Positions 17,192 through 44,732 of a DNA stretch of 64,000 nt are shown piece after piece; position 1 is the stretch's first letter; every line of letters starts with the position of its first letter. A program made the translations under genes and the position numbers. Location: assembly GCF_009914755.1 (NCBI RefSeq), contig NC_060937.1, one strand, 5' to 3'. The notes under the pieces were generated by a model that did no database searches, was not told where the DNA came from, and worked only from the letters and a program-made list of their open reading frames with translations. Source of the stretch: the human T2T-CHM13v2.0 reference genome, Homo sapiens.

Positions 17192-17401
17192 CTCTTCATC
17201 GTGATCTTTCGCCCATTTAAGTTTTTCTAGCAGATCGCTCAGGTTGCTCTTAACTGGAATGTAGTGTTTCCAGGGCTGCAGCTCATTGTAAAAATGTTCA
17301 TAGTAGATGGAATCCTGCTTCAGCACAACACTGTCACCAACTAGCAAATATGGCAGGCGATAAGCTGCTACAGTGCCATCGATATTTATTTGATACTTAT
17401 G
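17192..17401 (-). CDS. POGLUT2: POGLUT2 exon 7 (HKYQINIDG...DHDEE)
   Basis: 210 nt; GT90/CAP10 motif [13 protein letters not shown]. Confidence 0.97.
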
Positions 17402-17748
17402 CTGCAAAACAATGGTAAAGTCTAAGAACCTCTATTAAATCTCCTTTTCTCCACTCTATTCTCCTTCCCATCCCACACATAAACCTTTGCAATCCTCAGA
17501 CACAATTTGGTCAGCTTCCACGCTCTGCCTTTGCCGTTTAGTAAGTGTTATTAAACAACAAGTTGATCTAGAGCTAAATGCTCATTTTGATGTGCTTCTC
17601 AATTTTACAAAGGATACAAATCTAGTGTTGAAGCAGCGAATACAATCATACTGCTGTCCTAAGGCTGCAACATAAGGAAGGATGGATTCATTTGTGACTT
17701 TCTGTAATTCTCCTGCTACTTTATTGATTGCAAATGTGCCCCTAATGA

Positions 17749-18150
<402 letters not shown>

Positions 18151-19080
18151 TAAAAATATTCATAGAACTGTGGTAATCTATCATCTTTAGTTGCAGAAAA
18201 TTCAACAGGCAGGAATAAAGCCAAGGCAGGATGGAGCACCCCTCCACTGAGGAAGGTTGGCTAGTATCCTTTCACTTTGGTTATAATCATTTCTTTCAAA
18301 AATCTTTGGGATATGCATATAGAAAAATACTGACAATTCAACTTTAACATTGAACAAGGTTAACATTTAGGTCAACCTGCCTCAACAAAACCCATCAAAA
18401 GAAAATTTGGTCATCTACAGGGCAGACAGAACTCGTTAATCACTTGTCTTCCCACATACAGAGGACAGATGATGACCTTTTTCCCACCTCTCTCTCTACC
18501 ATGGGGGACTTCAGAAACAACTCCATGGTCTAAAGAGCAGGGTGGTGCCCACTGCCTTATAAAAGGAGTTGTTAGAAAAAGGACTACTCCCCAGGAACCA
18601 TGCGGAATCCACATTCTAGACAGAGAAAGCAAACCCTAATTCCCAGACAGAACATTTGGATGAGTTTCACGTCATTCCCCACCAGAAGGCCTGGTAAGAA
18701 ACAAGTAGTTTATATCTTCCTTATTCTGTTGTGATAACATGGCTCTGGGAAAAAGTATTTGTAAAATGACTTACATGTAAGTATTAATAAAAACATATTT
18801 GGAGGTGACATGTGCTTATCTCAAGGGTTAGCTGGAAAAAAATTATAGCTCTATCCAGGCTCCAAACTCCCTTGATGCGCATTTAATATCAAGACTGGGC
18901 AGTGAGGGCAGACCCTGGTTGCCAAAACAGTCCCCAGCACCCCCATGTCTCAATATTCGCTCAATTTTGTGCTAACTTCTCCCACCTCTTGAAATTTGCA
19001 GGCCTTAATTTCCCTTCCCAAAGCACTATGTACAAATACATTAGAAAAACAAAAAAGATTAGCTACTGATTAAGTCATAC

Positions 19081-19318
19081 CTTGAAGAAATCAAAAAATG
19101 AAATATGTTTCACAATGGGACCATACAGGTTTTCATCGTGTTTAAAGAAGAAAAAGTTGGTGAAAGCAGCGTCTATGAGTTCTGGGTGTTTTCTACTGAG
19201 TTTAACCAGCTCGAGTCTCTCTTTGCGGCTGTCTCGCCCTCTCCAGACGGCAGTGGAATTTTTGCTTTCCCAGGGAGGACCCGTGTTAGCTTGCACGGAC
19301 ATCATATCCAGACTTACC
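19081..19318 (-). CDS. POGLUT2: POGLUT2 exon 6 (VSLDMM...FFDFFK)
   Basis: 238 nt, phase 2-0; WRGRDSR motif of GT90. Confidence 0.97.
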
Positions 19319-19437
19319 CTAGAAGACAAAGTGCAACAGATTTTCCTCCCAAATCATCATATCACAAAGGTTGTTGCAAAAGAACTCACCAAAGAAAGAA
19401 AACCAAGGCTCTGGGCCAACCCTGACTTATCTCTCAC

Positions 19438-19610
19438 CGGCCCATGGTTTCCAGAACAGAATCAGTCAAATCGTACGTAGGCATCACGATATCCTTGGAA
19501 TCTGTGGAGCCACACCAGGAAAAGATCGGATGGATGTTTGAATTGGATTTCTTTTTTTCCAAAGGCCAGTCTCCCAAATTAACAAAGAGCTCCACATCTG
19601 GCATCTTCAC
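19438..19610 (-). CDS. POGLUT2: POGLUT2 exon 5 ([16 protein letters not shown]...TMGR)
   Basis: 173 nt, tag|GTG...CG|gtgaga; followed by a 119-nt intron. Confidence 0.96.
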
Positions 19611-20650
19611 CTAGAAAAAACAAAACGAGGAGCTTATTCACATTTCCTGCATTGGATAATACATTGTATTTATCAATTTAAATTTGAAATTGCATTAATG
19701 AAAGGCCAATGTTACATGTTTCAGGTAATAATAATTACCTTGGTTTGAATAGTGGGCAATGTTTCAGAATATGGTCACATGTATAAGTATTCTATGCTCC
19801 CTATGAAAGGGATGAAACTGCAAAAGTAATCTCTGTTCTAATACTGCGAACAGCCTCTAAGATGATCAAAGAGAAGGAGAATTATTGGAAAATAATTTAA
19901 AAAATAGCACTTGGGACTCTAACCCTAGTTTCCTGCTAGTGAGCCAGATGGTTCCATTTTAAAAAACATACACCAGGTAGGTGGTGGGACCAGGATTTGA
20001 ACTCAGGAAGCCCAACACCAACAGCAACGTAGTAAGTTTCAAGCTATGCTTCCTTCCTCTACTGGCAAATGGCATGAATATGTAAAGAGGATATGTTTTA
20101 TCTAGTCACAGAAAATGTTTAGAGTATTTACAAAACAACAGATATACATTTTTAAGGCCAGAAAAGCACTGACCAGTCTGAGAAGCATCTTGAGAAACCG
20201 AAGTCCTGAAGAACATTCTCATTTTCCCATGGATTGACAAAGAGGAGCAAGAGAAGTATGACGGTACTCTGATGTCTTAGTTTAAAGGAGGCTTAATATT
20301 GATGCTATATAACTACCTACATTCAGAATTAACAGACTGTAAGTGCTTTGAAATCTTGAAAAAAAGGCATTATGATTTTCCATGAGTAGTTTAATCAAGA
20401 TATACATGCAAATTATTCAACAAATAAATATAATAGATTACAAATAAATATACATTTGGTAAAAATGTTGGTAGAGTCTTTCACATCCACCATTTTAACA
20501 TTACTTTCAAACCATTCCACTAGAACCCAACAAAAGCCCATTATCCCAAGGAATGGGATTCAGTACAAGGCAAGTCATCTTTGGACTCAGAGTTAGTTTA
20601 GTACCAAAATAATTTTATGATAAGGCATTTTTCTTTCCTCTATAAAATAT

Positions 20651-21370
20651 TGTGTCCCTGCAAAAGATATGCTGAAGTCTTAAATCCCAGTGTCTCAGAA
20701 TGACCTTATTTGGAAATAGGGTTGTTGCAGATATTAGTTAGCATGAGGTCATACTGGAGTAGGCTGGGCCATTAATCCACTATGCTGTGTCCTTATAAGA
20801 AGAGACCCAGAGACATGAGGGGAGAAGCCCACGTGATGACAGAGGCAGAGACGGGAGGATGCAGCTGCAAACCAAGGAACACCAAAGATGGAGGGCCACT
20901 GACAGCAGCCAGGAAGAGGCAGGAAAGGAAAGGAAAGGATCATCTCAGAGGGAGCTGGCCTCCTGACACTTTAATTTTTTTTGGGGGGGGACAGGATCTC
21001 ACTCTTGTCACCCAGGCCTTGGGAGTGCAGTGGCGTGATCTCGGCTCATGCAGCCTCGACCTCCTAGGTTCAAGCGATCTTCCTGCCTCAGCTCCCCATT
21101 AGCTGAAACTACTACAGGCTAATTTTTGTATTTTTTGTAGAGACAGGTCTTCACCATGTTGCCCAGCCTGGTCTCAAGCTCCTGGGCTCAAGTGATCCAC
21201 CCGCTTTGACCTCCTAAAGTGCTAGGATTACAGGCGTGAGCCATGGCACCTAGCTGACACTTTGATTTTGGACATCTGGCCTCCATAACTGCCAGAGAAT
21301 ACATTTCTGTTATTTTAAGGCTTCCAGTTTGTAGCACTTTGTTACGGCAGCCCTAGGAAACAAACGCAGG
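20651..21370 (+). mobile_element. MLT1 LTR interrupted by an antisense AluJ (~20974-21254)
   Basis: GACCTTATTTGGAAATAGGG...GCAGCCCTAGGAAAC; TGACACTTT duplicated around the Alu. Confidence 0.8.
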
Positions 21371-21521
21371 TACCTGAAATAACAGAAAGCTTCAGAATAG
21401 TATTATCATAAGGCTCCAGAAGAGAATACCCTGATAGTGTTATAATTTGTATTTTGAAAAATTATCCTGTAAAATCTGGGCTTAAATTATCTATTACAGC
21501 TAAGAGAAAATATATACTTAC

Positions 21522-21599
21522 CTTTCTAGTCAAAGAAAGTAGTATGGCATCCATGAAAATTCTAAAACCTACATGTTCACCATGAGTCTTGATATAAAC
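21522..21599 (-). CDS. POGLUT2: POGLUT2 exon 4 (VYIKTHG...SLTRK)
   Basis: 78 nt, ttttag|GTT...AAG|gtaagt. Confidence 0.96.
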
Positions 21600-21781
21600 C
21601 TAAAAGAGAATTTACCATTTATTATGTTAGTCTAAAGACGCTGGCAGACTTCACTGAGGAAAAGCTTGTCACAGTGCTCATTCGAATGATGTTTATAAAA
21701 TGATTTAGCTAATTGTAGCCAAATGTTCAAAACAAGAAAAAAAATCACTAAAACAAACAAGCAAAAAATCATGTGTTGTAC

Positions 21782-21987
21782 CTTGTTATCCTTTAAGGTG
21801 TAGTGACATAGGCTCTGCCTCTGTCCAAATCTTTTTGGGATTTCTACTGCAATCTTTTCTGGATCCACAGCAGGGAAATGTGCCAGATCTCTCTGAATCT
21901 GAGCAATGGTTTCAGGGCAGTTCATCTCCCGTAGCCAGGCTGCACTATCTTGCAGAGGACAGTCACAGTTCTCATGGTAAACCGGCC
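21782..21987 (-). CDS. POGLUT2: POGLUT2 exon 3 ([11 protein letters not shown]...KDNK)
   Basis: 206 nt, phase 1-0. Confidence 0.97.
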
Positions 21988-22136
21988 CTATTTACATAAG
22001 AATAACAAAGTACAACAGTGATCATTTCACTCAGCATTCGAAACTTGTAATAAACATCTATAATGTGGCTTCATGAATTTTGCTTAGTTACATAGGAAGA
22101 GCATTTTCATTGAAAACACATTTTAAGAGAATTACA

Positions 22137-25929
<3,793 letters not shown>

Positions 25930-26664
25930 CTCACGCTCAGCCATGGGCAAAAGCAAAGTAGTAGGTAGTGTATCATCTTTTGCCAAATAACAAAATTTAC
26001 AACCTGCCTTTTACTTGACAACCTTTTATTCCAGTATTTTTTTCTGTATGAAATACACACAGTCAGCATCCACCAATAATAGAGACAATCATTTCAGAAG
26101 TATAGGAATTATAAAAATAAGTTTTAAGTATGATGTTAAAGTATTAAATTCATTGGAACAAAATATTTGTTACAATCATATAGGAGATTAATACTTCGAT
26201 ACTTTCCTTCCGAACTCTGAAGTTTCAAATAGTACTTCATTTTTCTTTTTCAGTTTCAAAACATGCTTACCTGCAGATGTCTCCTTGAAAATTGAGGGCC
26301 GCACCAGAGAAAGATGAAGCCCATCAAGTCTCTAACAACTAGGTTTAAATCCCTTATAATAGCTTATGCGAAAAGTAGTTAGAAACAGTATTTCCAGCAA
26401 AGTGGAGGGACTTTGTCTTGCCCTGATAATGTGGGAATCTGAATCAAAATTGCTAGGAGATTATTTTATATGTTATATACAATACATTATATTGCATATA
26501 TTATAATTCGGAACAATTTCTACAGCTACAGAGAAAAATGGGTAACCAAATATCCTGGAATATAAACTGCTGTGGAGAAACGAGTTCTTGGAAAGAAAAA
26601 TCTTAAAGGGAGAAACAGATTTAACCGCCATCCAAAATAGGTAAGGAGCCGTTTCTCGACTTAC

Positions 26665-26846
26665 TTATTCCCTGATGTATCCACTGCCTGAATATAGAAA
26701 TAGCGGGCGGGAAGGACGACGTCTGCTTTTAGCCCGGGTCCCCATATTTCGCTCTTCTCCGGGCTCAGCTGCCTTTCTCCGCCGGTCTCGGCGAGTGCTG
26801 GAACTGTCGCCAGAAAGAAGCAATAAAGTAGCAAAGTGCCAAACAT
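26665..26846 (-). CDS. POGLUT2: POGLUT2 (KDELC1) exon 1 coding part: signal peptide and start of filamin-like domain
   Basis: ATG at 26846, [19 protein letters not shown] hydrophobic signal, AA|gtaagt donor, 182 nt. Confidence 0.97.
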
Positions 26847-27299
26847 TTACAAGACGGACTCTCGAAATGATCCACCGATAAATGAAGAAGTGTAAGAGGT
26901 GGACAGAAGCAGCCGAGCCTTCGGCAGGGACCCGCCGGCCGATCGCAGCAGCCAACGCGACTGCAAAGGTTGCCGCCCGGCGTGCAGGGCAGGCGCGCGG
27001 GTCTCCGCGACCCCAGGACAATCAAAGCCCGTGCCCCGGCGCGCCCAGGTGAGGGTCCCCTGGCGTTCTGCTGTCCCGGCCGAGAACCGCGCTGCTCCTC
27101 TCTCTCAGGACAATGATGAACTTGAGTTGCTCCTGCCACTGGAGCATCATTTGGGAGCGAATCCGTCTCAGGTTCCAGCCAAGGTGTAGGGCGAGGGGAT
27201 TGGCCCGTGCGTCGGGCCAGGCTCAGTAACGCCTTCTCCAAGTGGATGGCGGGGTGGACACGCGTCCCGGCGCCCCGGGCTCCCTGGGATATGTAGTTC

Positions 27300-27697
27300 G
27301 CGACAGGACGAGCGGAAATACTGCCAGGATTTTACCACCTCTCGCCCATTTATTTACTTCTCGGTCACCGCTTTCGGGGGACAGATAAACACCACAGATG
27401 CCCATCAAAGGGGCGCACGGGTCTGGAGGCGCAGCTCAGGTTTTTGCGTTGGTCACCCTGCCCTCCGCACGTGGAGAGGGCAGGCATAAAGCACCTTGAA
27501 AGGAAGGTGCTGTCAATGCTATCCGACGACCTGTCGCCGGGCACCGCAGCATCCTCGCTCGCTCCGATGGGACGAGGGACGCCGGCCCCAGGGTAACAGG
27601 AGGCGCCTCGCCGGCCGCGCGCTGGATGCTGTGATCCAGGTCCGGAGCCGGGTTCCGCCGCGGCCGCAGCGACCCGACCCCACCCGACAGGCCAGAG
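27300..27697 (+). other. BIVM: Probable non-coding first exon of BIVM (boundaries tentative)
   Basis: Immediately downstream of the bidirectional core; candidate donor CAGAG|GTACCC at 27697/27698. Confidence 0.45.
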
Positions 27698-29420
27698 GTA
27701 CCCCGGGGCGGGGGGCAGGGGCCGAGGTGGCGGCCGGCTGTGCGCTCTGAGCGCCTGGCCCTCCGCTGGGCACCTGGGCGCCGCCAGCCCGGCCTGCTGC
27801 CGCTCTACGCGCAGCCACCTGGGCATTCAAAATTTTTACTTAATTCGATACCGGCCTGGGCTGCCAGGGGTCATCGCCTCTCCGAGCCCCGTGGCGTCCA
27901 GATGGAGGCCACTGCATGGGTGCGCGCTCTCCCGGGAAGGAGTAGGGGGAAGAGCTGTGTCGCGGGGGGAAGAGAAGCGCCAGGGAAAGAAGGGCCTAGC
28001 CCTCTGGTGAACAAAGCTCGATTAGGAGGTGTCCATGTGGATACCGGTGACCCCTGTGCGGCCGTCGGTCTCCACGCCACGCTGGGCAGGGTCCGGGAAC
28101 CAGCGCGCAGCGGCCGTCGCCTTCCCCTGCACGCCAGCACCCGGGTCCGGGCCGCCGCCAGGAGTCACGGGCTCACCGCCCTGGTCAGCTTGGCAGTCGG
28201 ACCCGGAGCCGCCTCCTCTGCCTGCCTCCCTCTTGCCAGCTGCCCCGAAAACCCAGAAGAGCCGGTGGCTCCGAGCCAAGGCGGGCCTGGTTCGGCGCCA
28301 GGAAAGGGGGTTTCTTTCCTATTTTCTTTTGTGCAATTGTCATTATTAATGATACCGACTCGTTTACTCAAACAGTCGAATCGGAGCCCCAGCTCTTAGC
28401 CCGGATGCAGCAATTGCCCGTGGGCCCCCTTTAACACCAACAGCGTCCCCGGGGCCCGGGGCAAGCATGTTCGAGGCGGTCACCCCCGGGCCTCGGCGCG
28501 CTCCCCCTGGCGGAGAGCCTCGTCTTCCGGCCGGTGAGGGAAGGTAGAGGAGGGAGTAGGGGCGAGGAGGCCTCGGCGGCCCTTGGGCTCTGCGGGCTGG
28601 GGACTCGGGGTGCCCGCGACACGCGCGGAGGCGCGGGCTGGGTTGGCCACGGGCAGGGAGCGCAGCCGCGCTCCTTCCTCTCTGCCCGCGTCGCCTCCGC
28701 GCGCACTGGTTCTGCGCGGCGGGGCTTGGCCTGCGCGACTGTCTACTCCGTCCCGGCGGCCTCGGAGCCCGGCCGAGCGGCGAGCTTGTCAGAGGACGGT
28801 GGTGGAAACGCTCCCGGCCTCCCCAGGGGCGCGGGCTGGAGGCTGGCGCCAGGCGCGGAGGACTCCCGGTATCTTTTGACAGGCTGGCGCCTCGGCTCTG
28901 GGGACCCGCAGGTCTGAAGGGGAGGAAGGGGCCTGGAGGGCGCGGGAGGACACCGGGTGGGAAGGGTGGCATTAGCTCGGCCGGGGGCTATGCGCCTCTG
29001 GTTTCGCCCTCCCGCGCATATTCGACCCTTACGAGGTCACCGGAATGCCCCTGCTCCTCAGTTGCCTTCTATACAGGATATCGATCAGGGTATTTTGTTA
29101 TACGAAAAGGCTTTACTGAAGAGGTTTTTAGAGATGTTTGGTTCTCTCATAAACTTGATACTTGAGAATACAGACAAAATATAACCTGAAAAGACTACAA
29201 CCTAGGCGATGAAGATTGGCTTTACAAATGGACGTTTATTTTACAGAACACTTCGTTCAGTGACTTTGAACAATCATGACTCTGGCGGTGCTTTTTAAAC
29301 TTGCCATTTTATAAATTTTTGCTTTGCATACGAGCAAACCATATTTCTATTGCTTATGACATGATTTTATGAGTAAGCTATTAGTTGAGCCTGAGGTCCT
29401 GCAGTCATTCTTAGTAGTAA

Positions 29421-32942
<3,522 letters not shown>

Positions 32943-33482
32943 TGAAGGTTTGAATAGAGAAAAAGCATGCTTTAAAAGTAAAGAAAATGGAATTTTGCCT
33001 AGCATATGTGGAGTCCTAATATGCAGCTCTGTTTCCTTAAATTCCATGAAAGCCATGCAGTACCTTTGCTAGTTTCTCCTCACAGATCAGGATAACCTAG
33101 GGGGCTCTTGTGTGAATCGTCTTCTATTTCTTGCAGCCTAACTCATAGGCTTTCGTTGTTCAATATTTGTATGATGGTTTTGATACTATTTTTGGTAACC
33201 CATGACAGTTATTTTTATTTCTAATTTTTTAAGTAAGCAAATGGGCAGAGATATTAACTGGTAAAAGTCCAACTGATCACCCAGGGTGGACTGAATCTCT
33301 CAACTGATGCTCTGTTGCTGGAGCCCTGAGAAACCCGCATACCCTGCCCGGGCACCTGCCTGGGGTTGTCTGCTGCGTGTTCTGGGATGGTTCAATTCAC
33401 CAAGGACTTCCTCTGGTATAAATCTTCAGCTTCCTTGCATGCCCTCAGTTGCTATTTAAGCTTTCTGTTTTCTTCCCTAAAG

Positions 33483-33566
33483 GAATCAGTTTAGACTTGA
33501 AATTCAGTTTTTCCTGAAACTGATCAGAAGTTAGTGACACCTTGATTGGATCCGTTTTTCTGTCAG
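33483..33566 (+). other. BIVM: Candidate 84-nt 5'UTR exon of BIVM
   Basis: Pyrimidine tract + AG at 33481-33482, CAG|GTGATG donor, non-repetitive island between repeats. Confidence 0.55.
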
Positions 33567-33679
33567 GTGATGAATCTTTGGAAAATTTACTTTCTGTATT
33601 CTGTGTTTATTTAAATCTGTGGCCGTTATTCATCATGTATCCTTTATGCCTATGTACGTAAAAAATCTTGCTAATACAT

Positions 33680-35115
<1,436 letters not shown>

Positions 35116-35398
35116 TTAATTATTTTTTAATTATTTGAAAATAATTTAATGCATATTTTAGACTAATTTAAAAAATAAGATAGTGATTGTGACTCCAGTC
35201 ATATAGTAGTTGTAAAATTAATATAGAATGAAGGCATATGTATGCATAAAACTTGCTATGCTTTTTAGTGGCTCTTTGTGTATCTGGTGGATTGTTGATC
35301 ATTCTTTTTCCTTCCTCTTAGGAGCTCATTTTGCAGCTCTCAAGCTTTTATAGCATGCTGTAAACAATTGTCAAAGTTGTTTATCAAGAAACAGATAG

Positions 35399-36025
<627 letters not shown>

Positions 36026-36699
36026 TAAGGAACATGGCTATCATCTTGTCTGTCAATGTAGTTTTAGGAAAGTAACCTTGACGTAGGGCATGTAGTTCAT
36101 TGCGGGGCTTCCACTGGAAACTTCAAGCATAAGCTTTGTATCAAATATTTTGAGAGATTTGAAAATCTAATAATGTAAAATATTATAAACAGATGGTAGC
36201 TTAGAAAATGAAATGTTAATAACATGGCTAGAATAACTTACTACTGTTTCATAGTTTTATAGGCACATGAAGTTGTATTTCCTGACCAAACATCTTTTTT
36301 TCCTGCTATATAATGTTTTAGCTTTTTTTGTTGTTAAAATTTTTTAGGCACCCAGCAAAGCCTCCATGTACCACCAAGTGGGTTGTGTACTGCTCAATTT
36401 AAGAGGATGCTGTTTACCGAGGTTGTGCATAACTTTCACAGTTGCAATGGGGTGGTCCTATGGCAGATAGAAATACTTTACACTTCTTTCTTTTGAATTC
36501 AAAGTAATACAGGAATTTTATGAGGCAGGTACTGTTAGCCCCATTTGTAGGTGAAGAAATTGAGGCTTAGAAGGGATAAATCTCTAGACCGAAGTTGCAG
36601 AGTTAATAAGAGGAGGTCAAACTAGGATTTGTATTTACTTCTAGTCTTCTCTGATGATTTTATAAAACCTTAATGCTTCTGCTTGTTTATCTGCAAAAT

Positions 36700-41950
<5,251 letters not shown>

Positions 41951-42246
41951 GTACAGCTCCAACCATCTCAGTTCAGCTCTTTTAGCTGTGTTGCTTGAAT
42001 TTGCTCCTTACATGCATGGTCCAGGGGTCAGTCCAAGGTTTGGGCCAAATTTATACACAGAATTTGGGCCCCCTCTTCTCTGTGGCTCTCTTCTTTCTGG
42101 GTTTCCTCTCACCTCACTTTCAGTGATGGTGATTGCACAGGACTCTGTCCTTTGGTTCTTCCAGTAAAAAAAGACAGTGGATTTTCTGCTTTTGTTTGCT
42201 CTTCTCATACCTTTTTCTAAAAGTCAGTGTGGTGAATACATATATT

Positions 42247-42316
42247 TGTGTGTGTATGTGTCTGTGTGTGTCTGTCTGTCTGTGTGTGTGTTTGGTGTTG
42301 AGGCTGTGTGTGTGTG
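42247..42316. repeat. Imperfect (TG)n microsatellite
   Basis: Direct reading. Confidence 0.85.
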
Positions 42317-42937
42317 CTGTGGGTAGGGTGAGGAATGGAAGAAGGAACTCAGTAATGAGAAGGAGCAGTGGGCGAAGGTTCTTGAAGCTGATGTGATGGA
42401 AGGCAGAAGGTGCAGGTGTTGCTCTTCTATGTTCCCATCTCAAACGGCGCTTTCACTTTGATGTGGCTTCTTTCCCTCAAGTCAAATGAACTTTTGCCTG
42501 TGGGACCAGCTCTTTCTGTGGCAGTGCGGGCATTTTATGAAGTACGCTCATTTGGGCCGTATATGCTAATTGATCCCAGGGGCAATCCGAGATTCAACAA
42601 AAAGAGAATAGGGGGCAAGGTCATGGAACCCTAGAGGAAAGTGTGAGTACAGACTGTTGGCAGAGCCTATCAAGGTCACACATTTCTATGTTTCATTAGC
42701 TTTAACATTTTAAGTGGCTGGGAAAACTACTTAGGGAATTAAGTCATTATTAGGCAGTGAAGACATCTCAAGAAATGTTAGAAACTAATTCTTCTGTTAT
42801 CTGACTCTCTAAGAGTCATTTTACCAGTCAAGGAAATTTGGCACAATGAGATTTGGCACAGTTGCTCACCTTTGCCAGTGATGTTCAGCTCTGTGAAAAG
42901 TGTGTTCTCTGTAAAAACTTAGAAAAAATAATTAAAA

Positions 42938-43820
<883 letters not shown>

Positions 43821-44537
43821 AAAAAGTACAAATTCTCACTCTTACTTTTGGCTTCCTTTTGTCTAGCTCCCAATTCTCCCTTCCCCAGTAGTAACCACTG
43901 TTGTTTGCCTTGAGGGTCTTTTGGAGAATGTTTGTATGTGTGTGCATGTATGAGTGTGTGTGCACATGCATACATAGATGCATACATGCACACAGGAGGC
44001 TTGCTTTTCATTCTAGTTTCTGTGCTAGAGTTGCATTTTAGTAATGTATATGTGTGCATCATTCTTCATTCATTCTGTCGTCTCTGTCGGTCCAGAGATA
44101 TTTTTAAACATCACATCATCACATTAATGGATCTGGTGCTTTTACTTTCTTAACAGAGTTGCTTTAATTTGGTTTTATTGTTTTATAGAAAGCCTTCATT
44201 TTCTGGAAAGTGGTCTAGTTAAATTTTTTTACTGTCGATAATTTGATTTTCCGGATGTGGCTAAAGATTTAGTGATTGACTGTTCCACCAGCTAAGTGAC
44301 TAGCTCTGGAATTGGAGTATAAGAACCTGACACGAAATAGGATTCATGGTTGTTTAAATTTGTTTTTATTATTTCTCTTTAAGGTAGGGGACTATTATTG
44401 AAAATACATGTATTACTTCATTGTGTTTGCAAATATCACTTTTAGAACCTGTGGCAGTTATTTATTTGTTATTATTTTTTCTTTGCACTTTCTCAGCAGA
44501 ATTATTAAGGCAGTTACTTCTTAATTTTGGTGCATAA

Positions 44538-44732
<195 letters not shown>

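Larger units (their letters stand above)
26650..29050. promoter_or_regulatory. CpG island: bidirectional POGLUT2/BIVM promoter
   Basis: CpG-dense; CCAAT (minus) 27199-27203, GATGGCGG YY1-like 27245-27252, ACTACA-NN-TCCCA ZNF143 motif (minus) 27285-27297, CGGAA ETS-like near 27313, CACGTG 27468-27473. Confidence 0.9.

Noticed and set aside
27049-27108. Plus-strand GTGAGG...CTCTCTCAG mini-intron antisense to the POGLUT2 leader
   Set aside because: Only 60 nt, below the usual minimum human intron size, and upstream of the likely BIVM start.
27223-28972. Long overlapping ORFs (up to 219 aa) in the bidirectional promoter island
   Set aside because: Same GC-content artefact; no in-frame splice link to the BIVM CDS was evident.
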